A DNA stretch of 56,765 bases, counting the filler, from Nemertoderma westbladi (taxonomy: Eukaryota; Animalia; Xenacoelomorpha): the NCBI GenBank assembly GCA_032718475.1. It is 3 parts of 3 records of this genome, joined end to end, with 100 filler letters (N's around TTAATTAATTAA, not from the genome) between each part and the next. Parts side by side here need not be neighbours in the genome. Positions count along the whole stretch, not along the records: positions 1 to 18,808 come from JAUCBJ010004863.1; positions 18,909 to 46,845 come from JAUCBJ010006552.1; 1 more part is not named here. One strand, 5' to 3'. Below are positions 13,336 to 27,680 of this stretch, piece after piece. How positions within the stretch are numbered: position 1 is the first letter of the stretch; the number at the start of each line of letters is the position of its first letter. The position numbers were made by a program, and so were the translations under genes. The notes beneath the pieces are model-generated. The model was not told the DNA's origin. It saw nothing but the letters and a program-made list of their open reading frames with translations, and searched no databases.

Positions 13336-14874
13336 AATTAGAAAAAACAGCCAGTTGATGCTGACTGTAGGTAGGGCCTACTATAAGGATCCTCTATTGA
13401 TAGCTGCTACCCGAGGGTAGGGATGCGGTGGGCGTTAATCCTAATCCTATCCCAAATTCTGCTCCAAGTAATTCAACTGTACCTCATTTTATCGACCCAA
13501 GTGGAAGAAATTCTGAACCTACTGTACAACCGATAGATTGTAGGCCCGGCGCTCAAATAACTGAGATACCGGCCTTCCATTTAAAGTATCGTAATGTAAC
13601 TATAAAAGTATATTTGAATGTTCCAGTAAAATATAAAATATAGTTTAAATTTAACTGTAATACAATTTAACTGTAATACTGTACTGACGGAAGGGGGGTG
13701 GGGGTGGGTGACCGAGAAGAAAATGACCGTTCACCATCACACCACGTTCTACCATAACTGTACCGTACTGTACATTATATTACATATTCGCTCCACCATC
13801 CTGTTCATCGTTATAAACAGTAGCTAGAAACATCATAAGATACAAGTACCGATCGATAATGCAACACTTAACTACTCATTACTACGGGATTCAACTCTGA
13901 GATCCAACATTCCAACAACGTTTGCGAGCTGACAAATCAATATGCCTGTATGTATCTTTTGGGTTCTATTGAATGGGTATATTACACTTTGTGGAAAATT
14001 CGTGCACATTAAATCTTATCACATTATAATTTTTACGTAAATATAAGCGATATTACTGTAGCAATATAATAATACAGTAGCAACAATAATAAATAAGCTT
14101 TGTTCGCTTACGGTATTTTAATCTTTGCCCAAGGAAGCGCCCTGCCTCTCAGCAAAATTGCCCGTATTAGGCCTAATCAGAAATTCTTAGGAAAGATAGG
14201 CAAAAAATGATTTGGTTATGTAACAAAAAACCTTAACGGTAGGTAAGTACAGTAATGAACGAAATATACTGTAAGATAACATATGGAGACTACTGTAGTA
14301 CAGTAGAGTAGATGGTTGCAATCCGTGATCAGCTAACGACCGATTAACTAAGAGCTATGGCGTCGATAAATTGTTCCAAATGGAGAAGAAACAGGCAACA
14401 TGTATTGCAACCGGTTGATGAGAGCCATTCAACCATTCAGCCATTCACATTCCTATTCCTATTCTTGATAATGCAGATGAATGGGAGATGTACAGGGCTG
14501 ATCAAAATCAAAACATAATGTGGCGGTGTTGTGTTTCAGGATCAACCAGCGATGCATCCTAAGGATATACTGTACAGTAGTGTGAATACAGGCCGAAGTC
14601 GTACAGTAGGCCTACTGTATGTCATGGAAGAGCCGCCAAATCATTGCCATACCATAATAACAAAGGCCGATAGCCGATATATGTAGGCCTAGGTATGTAA
14701 ATAAAGTGCACACTAACATTCACCTTTATTTATTTAGATAAGGAATGTACATAAAAATAGAAAAAAAAGTTTTTCATAAACTTTTCTTAATGACTTTACG
14801 CCTAGGGCACCTACTAATATTTACAGTTTTTATTTAACGTTTGGGGCACAAAAGAAGTCACAACCACGCCCAAG

Positions 14875-15570
14875 ATGAAGGTCATTTCAAATATTCCAAT
14901 AATACTTTATGCGCTCATTGTGTCAACTCAGATAAGGGCAAATGCAGGGGTGACATGCGAAACCGGTAACAACATCAACGTATATGCCGAAGATGATGAA
15001 TCTCAAACCCTCATCGAAAAGTATATAAAAGAATCCGTTCAAGTGGCTGATCCCGGAATAAAAGATCAATTAGACGTCACAAGAGCAACGGTATCAGTGG
15101 GTGGTTGCCAAACGTGCCACCAGCTGTCTCTCCTGTACTACGGTGTCTCAAAAGCTACTGCTGATTTCCCTCTTGACGGGAAACACGTTACTTTTGAAAT
15201 TCTTTGGGTTGAATGTCGGAATACAACCGAATGCGAAAAGAAGAAGAAAACAGAAGCTGTCTGCACGGAAAAATGGCACAATGGTGAGTTGGGCAACAAC
15301 GGTATCGACCTCCTCACAACGTTGTTGCAAACACGAATGGAAACCGTCAACACAATATGTCAAATGGAATGTTGTGCGGGTTACTGTGACACAGATTGGG
15401 AGAATGACCCACGGGAATTTAAGGCAACAACAGTAGGCCTAGCCTCGACAACGGCAGTTCCTACGATCACCACTATTGGATCTAGAGGGTCGTCTTCCAT
15501 CCCATTGAGTGGCCTACTTGTAGGAGGCCTCGCAGCGACTATTATAGTTGGTGGATTGTTCCAGAACTAG
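14875..15570 (+). CDS. Secreted, probably GPI-anchored cysteine-rich protein; divergent three-finger (Ly6/uPAR-like) fold
   Basis: 231-aa intact ORF with an N-terminal signal peptide. 10 Cys (28,78,81,114,120,130,162,166,167,171) end in CxxxCCxxxCD. Thr-rich stalk, small-residue GSRGSSS region and hydrophobic C-terminus without a cytosolic tail. AATAAA at 15592-15597. Confidence 0.8.
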   Translation: MKVISNIPIILYALIVSTQIRANAGVTCETGNNINVYAEDDESQTLIEKYIKESVQVADPGIKDQLDVTRATVSVGGCQTCHQLSLLYYGVSKATADFPLDGKHVTFEILWVECRNTTECEKKKKTEAVCTEKWHNGELGNNGIDLLTTLLQTRMETVNTICQMECCAGYCDTDWENDPREFKATTVGLASTTAVPTITTIGSRGSSSIPLSGLLVGGLAATIIVGGLFQN

Positions 15571-16114
15571 ACAGACCAAAATCAATTGTTCAATAAAAAA
15601 AAACATAGTATTACAAACTTTAACAAATTCGTTTACAGTAGGCTTACGTACCAAACTTTGTTACTTCGGCAATGAACATTTTCCCGTTAACATATAATCC
15701 GTGAAATATTGATAACAACAAATTTCAGACTTAGAGATATTATTGTGGAACTTCGTCAACCACGTGGAGCTTAGCGTGTGCCTACATTGAAAGTTTTATC
15801 AACAGTTTTGTGTCAAGAGTTAGTAAGTCGTGCGACTTGCGCATGATTTTGTTAAGGGATTCTTGTGATAAGGGAATAACGTCTTGAGCTCGGCTTGAGC
15901 CAAATAACTTATTGTGTAAAATATTCGTATATTAATTATTTAAATTTAATTTAATTTCTTACACCAGATATATGTGAGATGTACTTACACAATGTACAAA
16001 GTAATGTAATATAGATAATTAATAATATTATAATATAAAGTGCCAACCGGTAATATAATCAATATTGACAACATTATTACCCATAGGAAGATAATGAGTG
16101 CAGGATGGTCTTGG

Positions 16115-16290
16115 GACGTTAGTGCCCACGGGCACTAATGTCTCAGTACCTTTAGTGCCCGAGGTCACTTAATTTGCATTGTTGCAGGCACCAATGTACC
16201 ATAAGACTTTAGTGCCCGTCAGACATTGGTGCCCACGGGACGTTAGTGCCCGCGAGACATTAGTGCCCGCGAGATATTACTGCCCGCCTA
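16115..16290. repeat. Cluster of short TAGTGCCCGYGRGACAT repeats (about 8), typical of MITE subterminal arrays
   Basis: Repeated TAGTGCCC and the palindrome TTAGTGCCCACGGGCACTAA at 16119-16138. Confidence 0.6.
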
Positions 16291-16829
16291 GCGACTTAGT
16301 TAGTATATGTAATACAACGGGCCATGAAGACATTTCCCGCTTCTTTAGTTCCTGCTGATGCAAACGAATCGTTACAGTACAGTACTATCTTCAAACTTCA
16401 CGGGGGTATACTGTACATTGACAGTCTTGCTTTTTAACCTTTTTACTTTCAACTTCAATCTTTTACTAATAAAAGATTTATTAACCTCGGCTAGACATGG
16501 TAGCATTTATATTATTTGGTTTTGCCTATTGCGGTAAAGTCTCCAAGGAATGAGTATTAAGCCACCTCGTTTGATTGTTTATACGTAACCTACTTTTGAT
16601 TGAGTATGGTTAAATTGTTTACCTTTGCTGGTGTCAGCGGCGTGTAATAAATAAACAAAGTATACAGTAATATAATCGCCAGAGGACGCACTAACTAATA
16701 ATATAAAATGAATGATGATTTCAAGAATAATTCACGTCTGTCTGACATTTTGTCGTCGAATTAAAAGTACTTTTTTAGTACTTTTAGTTAATTAAATCAT
16801 GGAATTAATTAAATTACTCTATGTTAATG

Positions 16830-17030
16830 GATAGCTACTACTGTATGAGCAATAAATACGAGAGGGAATAGTGGCGAAGGCCTCTTCAATCGCATCTTTG
16901 ATCAGCTCAATGCTGGTTAATGTGTGAGAATACACGATATTCTTAAAATAGCTCCACAGGAAGAAACCACAGGGGGTTAGGTCAGGAGACCTAGCCGGCC
17001 AGTGTATTGGGCCATCACGACTGACAAGGC
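16830..17030 (-). mobile_element. Tc1/mariner transposase C-terminal remnant
   Basis: Translates as GPIHWPARSPDLTPCGFFLWSYFKNIVY, matching the WPxRSPDLTPxDFFLWGY motif of Tc1/mariner transposases. Confidence 0.85.
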
Positions 17031-18415
17031 ACAGACTGATAGACCCCAGTGTGGCGGACTCAGGCGGAGGGAGCCCCGTCCTCTTGGAATACGTAATCAA
17101 CGTTATCATTATATTATATTATTATCATAATTGTACTAAAGGATCATTGACATTCACATAACTGAAGTGCTGCTACTGCTGTTTCGAATAAATACATAAT
17201 GGTACCCGTTTGTGGTTATGGTACTGGTCGCAGTCTACTTTTTATTTGTTTTTAACCTTTTTATTTGATTTTATTTGTACTTTACACTGTTTGCCCTGGT
17301 GGCTTTACACTAGTGCTATACAGTGGTGGTAGCACACGTAGGCCTACTGGTAACGTACCGTATACCGACCGTACTGTTGGTGGAATACTTTGCTGCATAG
17401 CTTTTAATTAACGAATTGGGTTTTTGTACAATTAACAATAAGTTTTCCAGCCGTTTAAAAGTTTAGTAAAGATTATGTCTGACAAAGACTCAAATTCAAG
17501 CGTGAACAGAATGCGTACGAGCCTCGGGTCTAAAAGAGATCCGGTGACTGTGCGCGCTAAAACACGCCAACAACCTGCGACATCGCGGGGTGTGAACTAA
17601 GATGATTCTTTGTGGGGGTTGTTGGGGGGGAAGGGTAAGGTTTATAGAGCCACACTTTGGTTGGGTTGGGGATGTGGGGACTACAGAGGCGCCAGTGTGT
17701 ATGTTAATTAAAACTAGCAGCAAACTGCACTGTTATTTCTACAAACATTCAGGCTGGCTATAACCAGTTTGACCTTTACGACAATAGAGCAACACAACTG
17801 AGTGTATCTATCCACATAAAAGAGCTACAGTTACAACAATAGGTGAAGTAAACATCCCACAAAGGCAATCCAATATACCCACCCCACTCCCAAAAGGAAC
17901 TACCCTAAAAGGAAAAATATTGGCCCCCAGATTATTCCTACAACCAACGGAAGCTAATAATGATTAAATTCAATGTAACTACAACACAAAACAATCTATA
18001 CAATAAACAATAAATATAAAAATATAAATATAAATAACAATAAATTGCTTTATTTATATTGGAATGTTGTGTTATTGTTTATTATTGTTATTTGTTGTTT
18101 ATTTGGTTTTTTTTTGGTAAATATAATTTCAAGTTTCAAGTTTCATACTCAATTAACGCAATAATTACGAAGGCAAGCAAGCCTACACCAAGCAATAATA
18201 TTACTGCCAAATACCACCAGAAACTCACCAAACATTAAACAAATACTCCACAATAAATGCATATTCTATAAAATACATAACTTAAGAACAAATAAATACA
18301 ACAAATCAATGTAAGATACTTTATGGAAATAATTCAACTAAATAATCAACAATATTAACATAAAAATATGACGCCTAAATCACCATAATATTATCAAATA
18401 AATTAATGCAAAATA

Positions 18416-18808
18416 ATGTCATCTTACGTAATTCACAAACGTTCTATAAAAGCTCCAGTTGCGACAGTGACTAAGAATTCGACGAAGAATCAGGCGAAAG
18501 TGGCAGCACAACAAGTGGCCAGTTCTAGCCCTGAAGAAATCAAGGTTAGCTGCTCCGGTAAGAAATGCAATACCGCCGTTATCTGTATTGCTAAATCGTC
18601 CATTGACTTCACTAAAGTAGAGTTTTATTGTGGACAGTGTTCCGCCAGACATACAGTATATAGAGGCTGGTGGATGAAATATCCGACGTTGAGTCTCTTC
18701 TTATAAGCTGAAATTGACAAAATCTCGCTCTCTCAACAACACAAAAAAGAATAGATCGATCGGATGCGGTCTGTTACCACATCCCTTAAATCAGTTCACT
18801 CAGTCTTC
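18416..18808 (+). mobile_element. Possible decayed CR1/L2-type ORF1 fragment with PHD-like finger, cut by an assembly gap
   Basis: CSGKKC...C...FYCGQC cysteine spacing after an AT-rich leader. The motif is incomplete. Confidence 0.35.
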
Positions 18809-18908
18809 NNNNNNNNNNNNNNNNNNNNNNNNNNNNNNNNNNNNNNNNNNNNTTAATTAATTAANNNNNNNNNNNNNNNNNNNNNNNNNNNNNNNNNNNN
18901 NNNNNNNN
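18809..18908. other. Assembly gap (44 N + TTAATTAATTAA + 44 N)
   Basis: N runs surround a six-frame-stop linker at 18853-18864. The same construct occurs at 46846-46945. Confidence 0.97.
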
Positions 18909-21900
18909 ATGGCTGAGTATAGATATATGGCTGAGTATAGATATATGGCTGAGTATAGATATATGGCTGAGTATAGATATATGGCTGAGTATAGATATAT
19001 GGCTGAGTATAGATATATGGCTGAGTATAGATATATGGCTGAGTATAGATATATGGCTGAGTATAGATATATGGCTGAGTATAGATATATGGCTGAGTAT
19101 AGATATATGGCTGAGTATAGATATATGGCTGAGTATAGATATATGGCTGAGTATAGATATATGGCTGAGTATAGATATATGGCTGAGTATAGATATATGG
19201 CTGAGTATAGATATATGGCTGAGTATAGATATATGGCTGAGTATAGATATATGGCTGAGTATAGATATATGGCTGAGTATAGATATATGGCTGAGTATAG
19301 ATATATGGCTGAGTATAGATATATGGCTGAGTATAGATATATGGCTGAGTATAGATATATGGCTGAGTATAGATATATGGCTGAGTATAGATATATGGCT
19401 GAGTATAGATATATGGCTGAGTATAGATATATGGCTGAGTATAGATATATGGCTGAGTATAGATATATGGCTGAGTATAGATATATGGCTGAGTATAGAT
19501 ATATGGCTGAGTATAGATATATGGCTGAGTATAGATATATGGCTGAGTATAGATATATGGCTGAGTATAGATATATGGCTGAGTATAGATATATGGCTGA
19601 GTATAGATATATGGCTGAGTATAGATATATGGCTGAGTATAGATATATGGCTGAGTATAGTATATGGCTGAGTATAGATATATGGCTGAGTATAGATATA
19701 TGGCTGAGTATAGATATATGGCTGAGTATAGATATATGGCTGAGTATAGATATATGGCTGAGTATAGATATATGGCTGAGTATAGATATATGGCTGAGTA
19801 TAGATATATGGCTGAGTATAGATATATGGCTGAGTATAGATATATGGCTGAGTATAGATATATGGCTGAGTATAGATATATGGCTGAGTATAGATATATG
19901 GCTGAGTATAGATATATGGCTGAGTATAGATATATGGCTGAGTATAGATATATGGCTGAGTATAGATATATGGCTGAGTATAGATATATGGCTGAGTATA
20001 GATATATGGCTGAGTATAGATATATGGCTGAGTATAGATATATGGCTGAGTATAGATATATGGCTGAGTATAGATATATGGCTGAGTATAGATATATGGC
20101 TGAGTATAGATATATGGCTGAGTATAGATATATGGCTGAGTATAGATATATGGCTGAGTATAGATATATGGCTGAGTATAGATATATGGCTGAGTATAGA
20201 TATATGGCTGAGTATAGATATATGGCTGAGTATAGATATATGGCTGAGTATAGATATATGGCTGAGTATAGATATATGGCTGAGTATAGATATATGGCTG
20301 AGTATAGATATATGGCTGAGTATAGATATATGGCTGAGTATAGATATATGGCTGAGTATAGATATATGGCTGAGTATAGATATATGGCTGAGTATAGATA
20401 TATGGCTGAGTATAGATATATGGCTGAGTATAGATATATGGCTGAGTATAGATATATGGCTGAGTATAGATATATGGCTGAGTATAGATATATGGCTGAG
20501 TATAGATATATGGCTGAGTATAGATATATGGCTGAGTATAGATATATGGCTGAGTATAGATATATGGCTGAGTATAGATATATGGCTGAGTATAGATATA
20601 TGGCTGAGTATAGATATATGGCTGAGTATAGATATATGGCTGAGTATAGATATATGGCTGAGTATAGATATATGGCTGAGTATAGATATATGGCTGAGTA
20701 TAGATATATGGCTGAGTATAGATATATGGCTGAGTATAGATATATGGCTGAGTATAGATATATGGCTGAGTATAGATATATGGCTGAGTATAGATATATG
20801 GCTGAGTATAGATATATGGCTGAGTATAGATATATGGCTGAGTATAGATATATGGCTGAGTATAGATATATGGCTGAGTATAGATATATGGCTGAGTATA
20901 GATATATGGCTGAGTATAGATATATGGCTGAGTATAGATATATGGCTGAGTATAGATATATGGCTGAGTATAGATATATGGCTGAGTATAGATATATGGC
21001 TGAGTATAGATATATGGCTGAGTATAGATATATGGCTGAGTATAGATATATGGCTGAGTATAGATATATGGCTGAGTATAGATATATGGCTGAGTATAGA
21101 TATATGGCTGAGTATAGATATATGGCTGAGTATAGATATATGGCTGAGTATAGATATATGGCTGAGTATAGATATATGGCTGAGTATAGATATATGGCTG
21201 AGTATAGATATATGGCTGAGTATAGATATATGGCTGAGTATAGATATATGGCTGAGTATAGATATATGGCTGAGTATAGATATATGGCTGAGTATAGATA
21301 TATGGCTGAGTATAGATATATGGCTGAGTATAGATATATGGCTGAGTATAGATATATGGCTGAGTATAGATATATGGCTGAGTATAGATATATGGCTGAG
21401 TATAGATATATGGCTGAGTATAGATATATGGCTGAGTATAGATATATGGCTGAGTATAGATATATGGCTGAGTATAGATATATGGCTGAGTATAGATATA
21501 TGGCTGAGTATAGATATATGGCTGAGTATAGATATATGGCTGAGTATAGATATATGGCTGAGTATAGATATATGGCTGAGTATAGATATATGGCTGAGTA
21601 TAGATATATGGCTGAGTATAGATATATGGCTGAGTATAGATATATGGCTGGTGAGTATAGATATATGGCTGAGTATAGATATATGGCTGAGTATAGATAT
21701 ATGGCTGAGTATAGATATATGGCTGAGTATAGATATATGGCTGAGTATAGATATATGGCTGAGTATAGATATATGGCTGAGTATAGATATATGGCTGAGT
21801 ATAGATATATGGCTGAGTATAGATATATGGCTGAGTATAGATATATGGCTGAGTATAGATATATGGCTGAGTATAGATATATGGCTGAGTATAGATATAT

Positions 21901-23656
21901 GGCTGAGTATAGATATATGGCTGAGTATAGATATATGGCTGAGTATAGATATATGGCTGAGTATAGATATATGGCTGAGTATAGATATATGGCTGAGTAT
22001 AGATATATGGCTGAGTATAGATATATGGCTGAGTATAGATATATGGCTGAGTATAGATATATGGCTGAGTATAGATATATGGCTGAGTATAGATATATGG
22101 CTGAGTATAGATATATGGCTGAGTATAGATATATGGCTGAGTATAGATATATGGCTGAGTATAGATATATGGCTGAGTATAGATATATGGCTGAGTATAG
22201 ATATATGGCTGAGTATAGATATATGGCTGAGTATAGATATATGGCTGAGTATAGATATATGGCTGAGTATAGATATATGGCTGAGTATAGATATATGGCT
22301 GAGTATAGATATATGGCTGAGTATAGATATATGGCTGAGTATAGATATATGGCTGAGTATAGATATATGGCTGAGTATAGATATATGGCTGAGTATAGAT
22401 ATATGGCTGAGTATAGATATATGGCTGAGTATAGATATATGGCTGAGTATAGATATATGGCTGAGTATAGATATATGGCTGAGTATAGATATATGGCTGA
22501 GTATAGATATATGGCTGAGTATAGATATATGGCTGAGTATAGATATATGGCTGAGTATAGATATATGGCTGAGTATAGATATATGGCTGAGTATAGATAT
22601 ATGGCTGAGTATAGATATATGGCTGAGTAGTATATGGCTGAGTATATGGCTGAGTATAGATATATGGCTGAGTATAGATATATGGCTGGTGAGTATAGAT
22701 ATATGGCTGAGTATAGATATATGGCTGAATATATGGCTGAGTATAGATATTTGGCTGAGTATAGATATATGGCTGAGTATAGATATATGGCTGAGTATAG
22801 ATATATGGCTGAGTATAGATATATGGCTGAGTATAGATATATGGCTGAGTATAGATATATGGCTGAGTATAGATATATGGCTGAGTATAGATATATGGCT
22901 GAGTATAGATATATGGCTGAGTATAGATATATGGCTGAGTATAGATATATGGCTGAGTATAGATATATGGATGTGTATAGATATATGGCTGAGTATAGAT
23001 ATATGGCTGAGTATAGATATATGGCTGAGTATAGATATATGGCTGAGTATAGATATATGGCTGAGTATAGATATATGGCTGAGTATAGATATATGGCTGA
23101 GTATAGATATATGGCTGAGTATAGATATATGGCTGAGTATAGATATACGGCTGAGTATAGATATATGGCTGAGTATAGATAGATGGCTGAGTATAGATAT
23201 ATGGCTGAGTATAGATATATGGCTGAGTATAGATATATGGCTGAGTATAGATATATGGCTGAGTATAGATATATGGCTGAGTATAGATATATGGCTGAGT
23301 ATAGATATATGGCTGAGTATAGATATATGGCTGAGTATAGATATATGGCTGAGTATAGATATATGGCTGAGTATAGATATATGGCTGAGTATAGATATAT
23401 GGCTGAGTATAGATATATGGCTGAGTATAGATATATGGCTGAGTATAGATATATGGTGAGTATAGATATATGGCTGAGTATAGATATATGGCTGAGTATA
23501 GATATATGGCTGAGTATAGATATATGGCTGAGTATAGATATATGGCTGAGTATAGATATATGGCTGAGTATAGATATATGGCTGAGTATATGGCTGAGTA
23601 TATGGCTGAGTATAGATATATGGCTGAGTATAGATATATGGTGAGTATAGATATAT
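18909..23656. repeat. 18-bp satellite (ATGGCTGAGTATAGATAT)n, about 260 copies, open at the gap
   Basis: Nearly perfect array. Variants (-1 at about 19660, +GGT at about 21650 and 22689, 12-bp short units, substitutions) concentrate toward the right edge. Confidence 0.98.
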
Positions 23657-24603
23657 GACAACTTCGAATGATTAAATTACTACAAATTGACAATTATTAT
23701 TATTTTTGCTGTTATTTTTTTTGTCATGACCCAAAAAAGTGAAACAATACAGTATTATTCATAATTACAAATGATATATGCTGTATTTAGTTAACTGCAC
23801 TGCACAATGTATTGGCAAACCACTGTGTTTGATATTGCAATAACAATAATGTATTAATTAACGACTCGCACAATTCATAATGGCTAGTCCAATATGAGCT
23901 TCATCAATCGAATACTGTAGGTTGTCGGCGGCTTGATATTCAGAGGCCCAAAGAGCATACAGTTACACAATGTCATTGTATTATTCAAACTATAGTGAAT
24001 TAGAAACAATAACATATGACAATATATACTATATGGATACCACAGTGTCCAGTTACTGAGACTACTGGTACTGCAACCTGCTACATGATTCATTGTAATG
24101 CTTTCAATGTTATGCAATGCAACTACAATGTCTCATGGTCATTAAATTCCTAAAAATGATTAACGATAAAGCTATTTGAATTGTGTAAAAGTCTTTAGCT
24201 TGAATTCAAGTTGAGGTTGTATTGTGTAGAATGAATTTACTATAGGAGGGCATGTATTTTAATTGTCATAAATTATAATATCAAATAAAAATATAACAGA
24301 ACATTCCTGCATTGTAATTGACACGAGCAACAAAGTCCATGATAATAAAGTTTCAGTTTAGCACATATAGTGAGATAATATATTTTTGAAAATAATATTA
24401 TACCAGAGGTAATTTTATTATATTTACCCTAAGTGCAAATTATTTATTAAACTCATCCTGAGCACAATTTATTTATTAATGTAGTTACATGCCTCCATAT
24501 TACAGAGCAAAGAGACCTAGGCCTACTCATGAAATGAAACAAATAAGTTGGGAACACCTAGCACTTTCTTTAGAATTCTTATGTTACCTCAACATTATAG
24601 CAA

Positions 24604-26525
24604 TACTACATCGGCATGCTACATTGCAGCTGCATTTATAAGAATGCTGTGCCGGCTTGTCGACAAAATTGTGCCGCCACAACTCCCTATCACCCATAAC
24701 ATTTGCTAGACCATCCGCATCTTCAAGGCCAGTGTCCTTTAAGATGCGTCTCAAGAAAGTCATGGGCTGTCCACCATGCTTATTCACTCCATGGGGCTAC
24801 CAAAGCACACGATTATGCACTGGCTGGTCCTCACGGCGAAAGCAATGTCTTTCAATGGGGAGGCGGCTTTGTTCTAGTGTCAAGCTTGGGGGAACCAATG
24901 TGACACCTCCAATGTTATATATTATCTGGTTGGAGATGTGTGAATTGGACTTGACACAGTGAACCCCTTGTAGCATTCTTGTGAATGTGTCATCCATAGA
25001 TTTGGTGTCCTCAGCATTTAGAGCCGAGCATGGACACCCATAGAGGAGTACTGGAATTACTGCTGCTCTAAATAATCGGACCTTAAGTCTCCGATTAATT
25101 CTCTGTGACTTCCAAATCCTGGAAAGCCCATTCAAGGATGCCCATGCCTCTCCCTTACATATTCGAAGGTCCTCACCTGACTTCCGAATCCATGATCCCA
25201 GGTAAGAGAAGTCGTCCACACCTTCCTTTGAGCTTATGCTCTTATGCTCTCTGAGAACTTTGAAAGTTAACTGTCAAAATGTTGGTCTTTTAGGAGTTAA
25301 TAAAAAGAACAACACTAGATGCAGCTTGTTATAATGAGATAAGGACTAAGGAGCCGTTGGGGTCCCTCTAGTGATTCTGAGAGTAATCCTAAGTCATCAG
25401 CAAAGTCTAGATCAGTTAGGTACTTGGCAGGATTTCCTCGACTGCTGGAGCCAGTAGGTGGAGTTACCATCACCACATCATCATTATGATGATCTAAGGA
25501 CATGCATAGAACATAGACAACCACAATTATGAACAAGAATGGCGCAAGTGTGTCTCCTTGATGACTCCCCATAATACTTCAAATGGTTCTGCGTCACCGT
25601 CAACAGTAGACACAAATTTTGTCGAACCATCGTATACTGATCTGATTGCTGCAATAATTTCATCAGGAATCCCATATAATAGAAGTATGCTGAACATACG
25701 TGAATGAGAGACTGTGTCAAAGGCCTTGAAGAGAAGAAGTCAACAAAGATTACAGCCAGGTCTTTCTCTTTTGAAAACTTTTCAATTATCCTACTAAGTG
25801 CCAAAATGGGCTCCATGGTCACACGACCTTTATGGAACCCAGTCTGATTTCCACAGAGCAGTCTCTCAATGGTATTCTTGATGCGATTTAATAGAATTGT
25901 ATTGTATAGCTTTGCAGCAATCGAGATCAAAGAGATTCACCGAAAAGAACCATAGAGTGTTAGGCAACAATATTTGTTTTGATTGCTTGTGGGACTCTTG
26001 TAGTTGTGTACATGTCTACTATGATGGGATAGATGAGCTTTGAACACTCGGGTATTTAACACACCTTCTACTCCACTGGTCTTAATGCTCTTTGCAGCAG
26101 CCTTCACTTCCACAAAGGAAATTTCGCCATTGGGAATTTGTGGGAGTTCAGACTCAGACACTTTTACTTCTTTAAAGTTATCGGGCAATACACTGTCATT
26201 ATTGAGGAGCTTTTCATAGTGGGCCTTCCAACCATTGAGGCGATCGCCTGGTGATTCAGCCTTAACCTTGGTGGTTGGTTGGCTTTTCCGCCCAGTGCGC
26301 AGATTGATTGATTTCCATGCCTGGGATGATTGCCTGCTGTCGTCAGCATCATTGATGGCATCAACCTGTTGGTTTTAAAGGTCCTGTAGATTAACACAGT
26401 ACTGCCTGTTCTGGGACCTAGATGCAGCCTTAACTGCATTTTGACCATTGTAGTCTGTTCGAGTCGGGACTCTTTCTGCGCATTAGAGTTCATTTCGCCA
26501 CTTCTGAACTTCTGGTCACTCCAGG
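24604..26525 (-). mobile_element. 5'-truncated, decayed copy of the same RTE family
   Basis: The reverse complement is colinear with about 5870-7840 (QGDTLAP, DFADD, YLGSWIRKSGEDL, DKPAQHS, 3'UTR GCAGCTGCAATG). Many frameshifts. Confidence 0.93.
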
Positions 26526-26945
26526 TACCCATAGTGACACCATCTTTCTGAAAGACATAGTTGCCATGGTGATCTAGGAATACAACATCCTTAGTAGCCA
26601 ACATTGTAAGATTAATGAGTTTGTCTTTGCTGATTGGTTCACTGTAAAGATACTGCTCATGCTTATACAGTAGATCAGCTGTACCAGTGGGACATTAGTG
26701 AATAGACTTATAAGGTCTTGTGAGTAGAGACGGTTCGTGGGTTCTACCTCTAGTTGGGCGAGACAATCGGCAGAACCCAGCTCTGTTTGATATTTTACCT
26801 TCAGGGAGCACATGAAACATATCCCTGAGAAAACCAGCGAATGGGGATGGCAAATGCTGCCAGGCATAGAGGTTATAGGATGGAGTGGGATGCCAGACTT
26901 GTGGACCTTGGCAAGGCCATAGAGCCTAGGAGGAGTGGAATGCAG
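26526..26945 (-). mobile_element. Penelope-like element reverse transcriptase remnant
   Basis: Minus strand reads TPPRLYGLAKVHKSGIPLHPITSMPGS, SQDLISLFTNVPL and YVFQKDGVTMG. These match the PLE RT motifs PxLYGLPKIHK..PLRPI, DVxSLFTNVP and YxQxDGxAMG. Confidence 0.85.
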
Positions 26946-27680
26946 GGCAGTAGCCTCGTTAGGAGTTCCTTATTCTCCTACCCCAAATGCTGACCCCCAC
27001 CTCGTCCCTAATGACCACGGCCCCCTGACGGAAGACAACGATCTTATCAGCAATAGGGTGAGGGACCAGTCCGCAATGAGCGTGTCGACCAATATCACAG
27101 AAACCTTTGAGGTCGATTTTAGAATCTAGTTACCATGGCATCTGTTTGAGTTTCTAAAAAGTTTCTAAATCATTACCAAATATGTGTTCCCCTTGTCATA
27201 AAAACGTTGAAGCATTCCAAATATGTTATCAAAAGGAGACCCTATATTTTTAATGGTGGCACCATAAAAATGGATTGGTGGGAGCCATGTAACCATGGAA
27301 ACAAGAAAAAAATTTGTCTTAGATGTTCATAAACCAAACCAAGACAATGTTTTACTGAAGTAACATGTATTGTAGTATGTTGAATATTATTATTTTTTTT
27401 TTGGACTTCATATATTATATAGTCTATGTTCGTGATCACATGCGAAGTGAAGCACCCAATGTTCTTGTGAAAAACCCCCGATTGCTATGGTAAACTTTCG
27501 TTGCTAAGAACATTGAAGTGAATTCAAATATATTTTGTAATGTTTAATGCATTATTTAGAAAATTTTTAGAAACCCATCAGTCATTCCCATATTAGGAGG
27601 AAAATCACCGTTGCTATGGCAATAAATCTTTGCTTTGTTAAATAAAATAACCATAGAAGACCGCACACACTTTTAATTAT

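Noticed and set aside
18853-18864. TTAATTAATTAA palindrome (also 46890-46901)
   Set aside because: Artificial six-frame-stop linker inside scaffold gaps.
18853-23693. ORFs of 988-1610 aa
   Set aside because: Translations of the 18-bp satellite in several frames on both strands, some running into Ns. No protein evidence.
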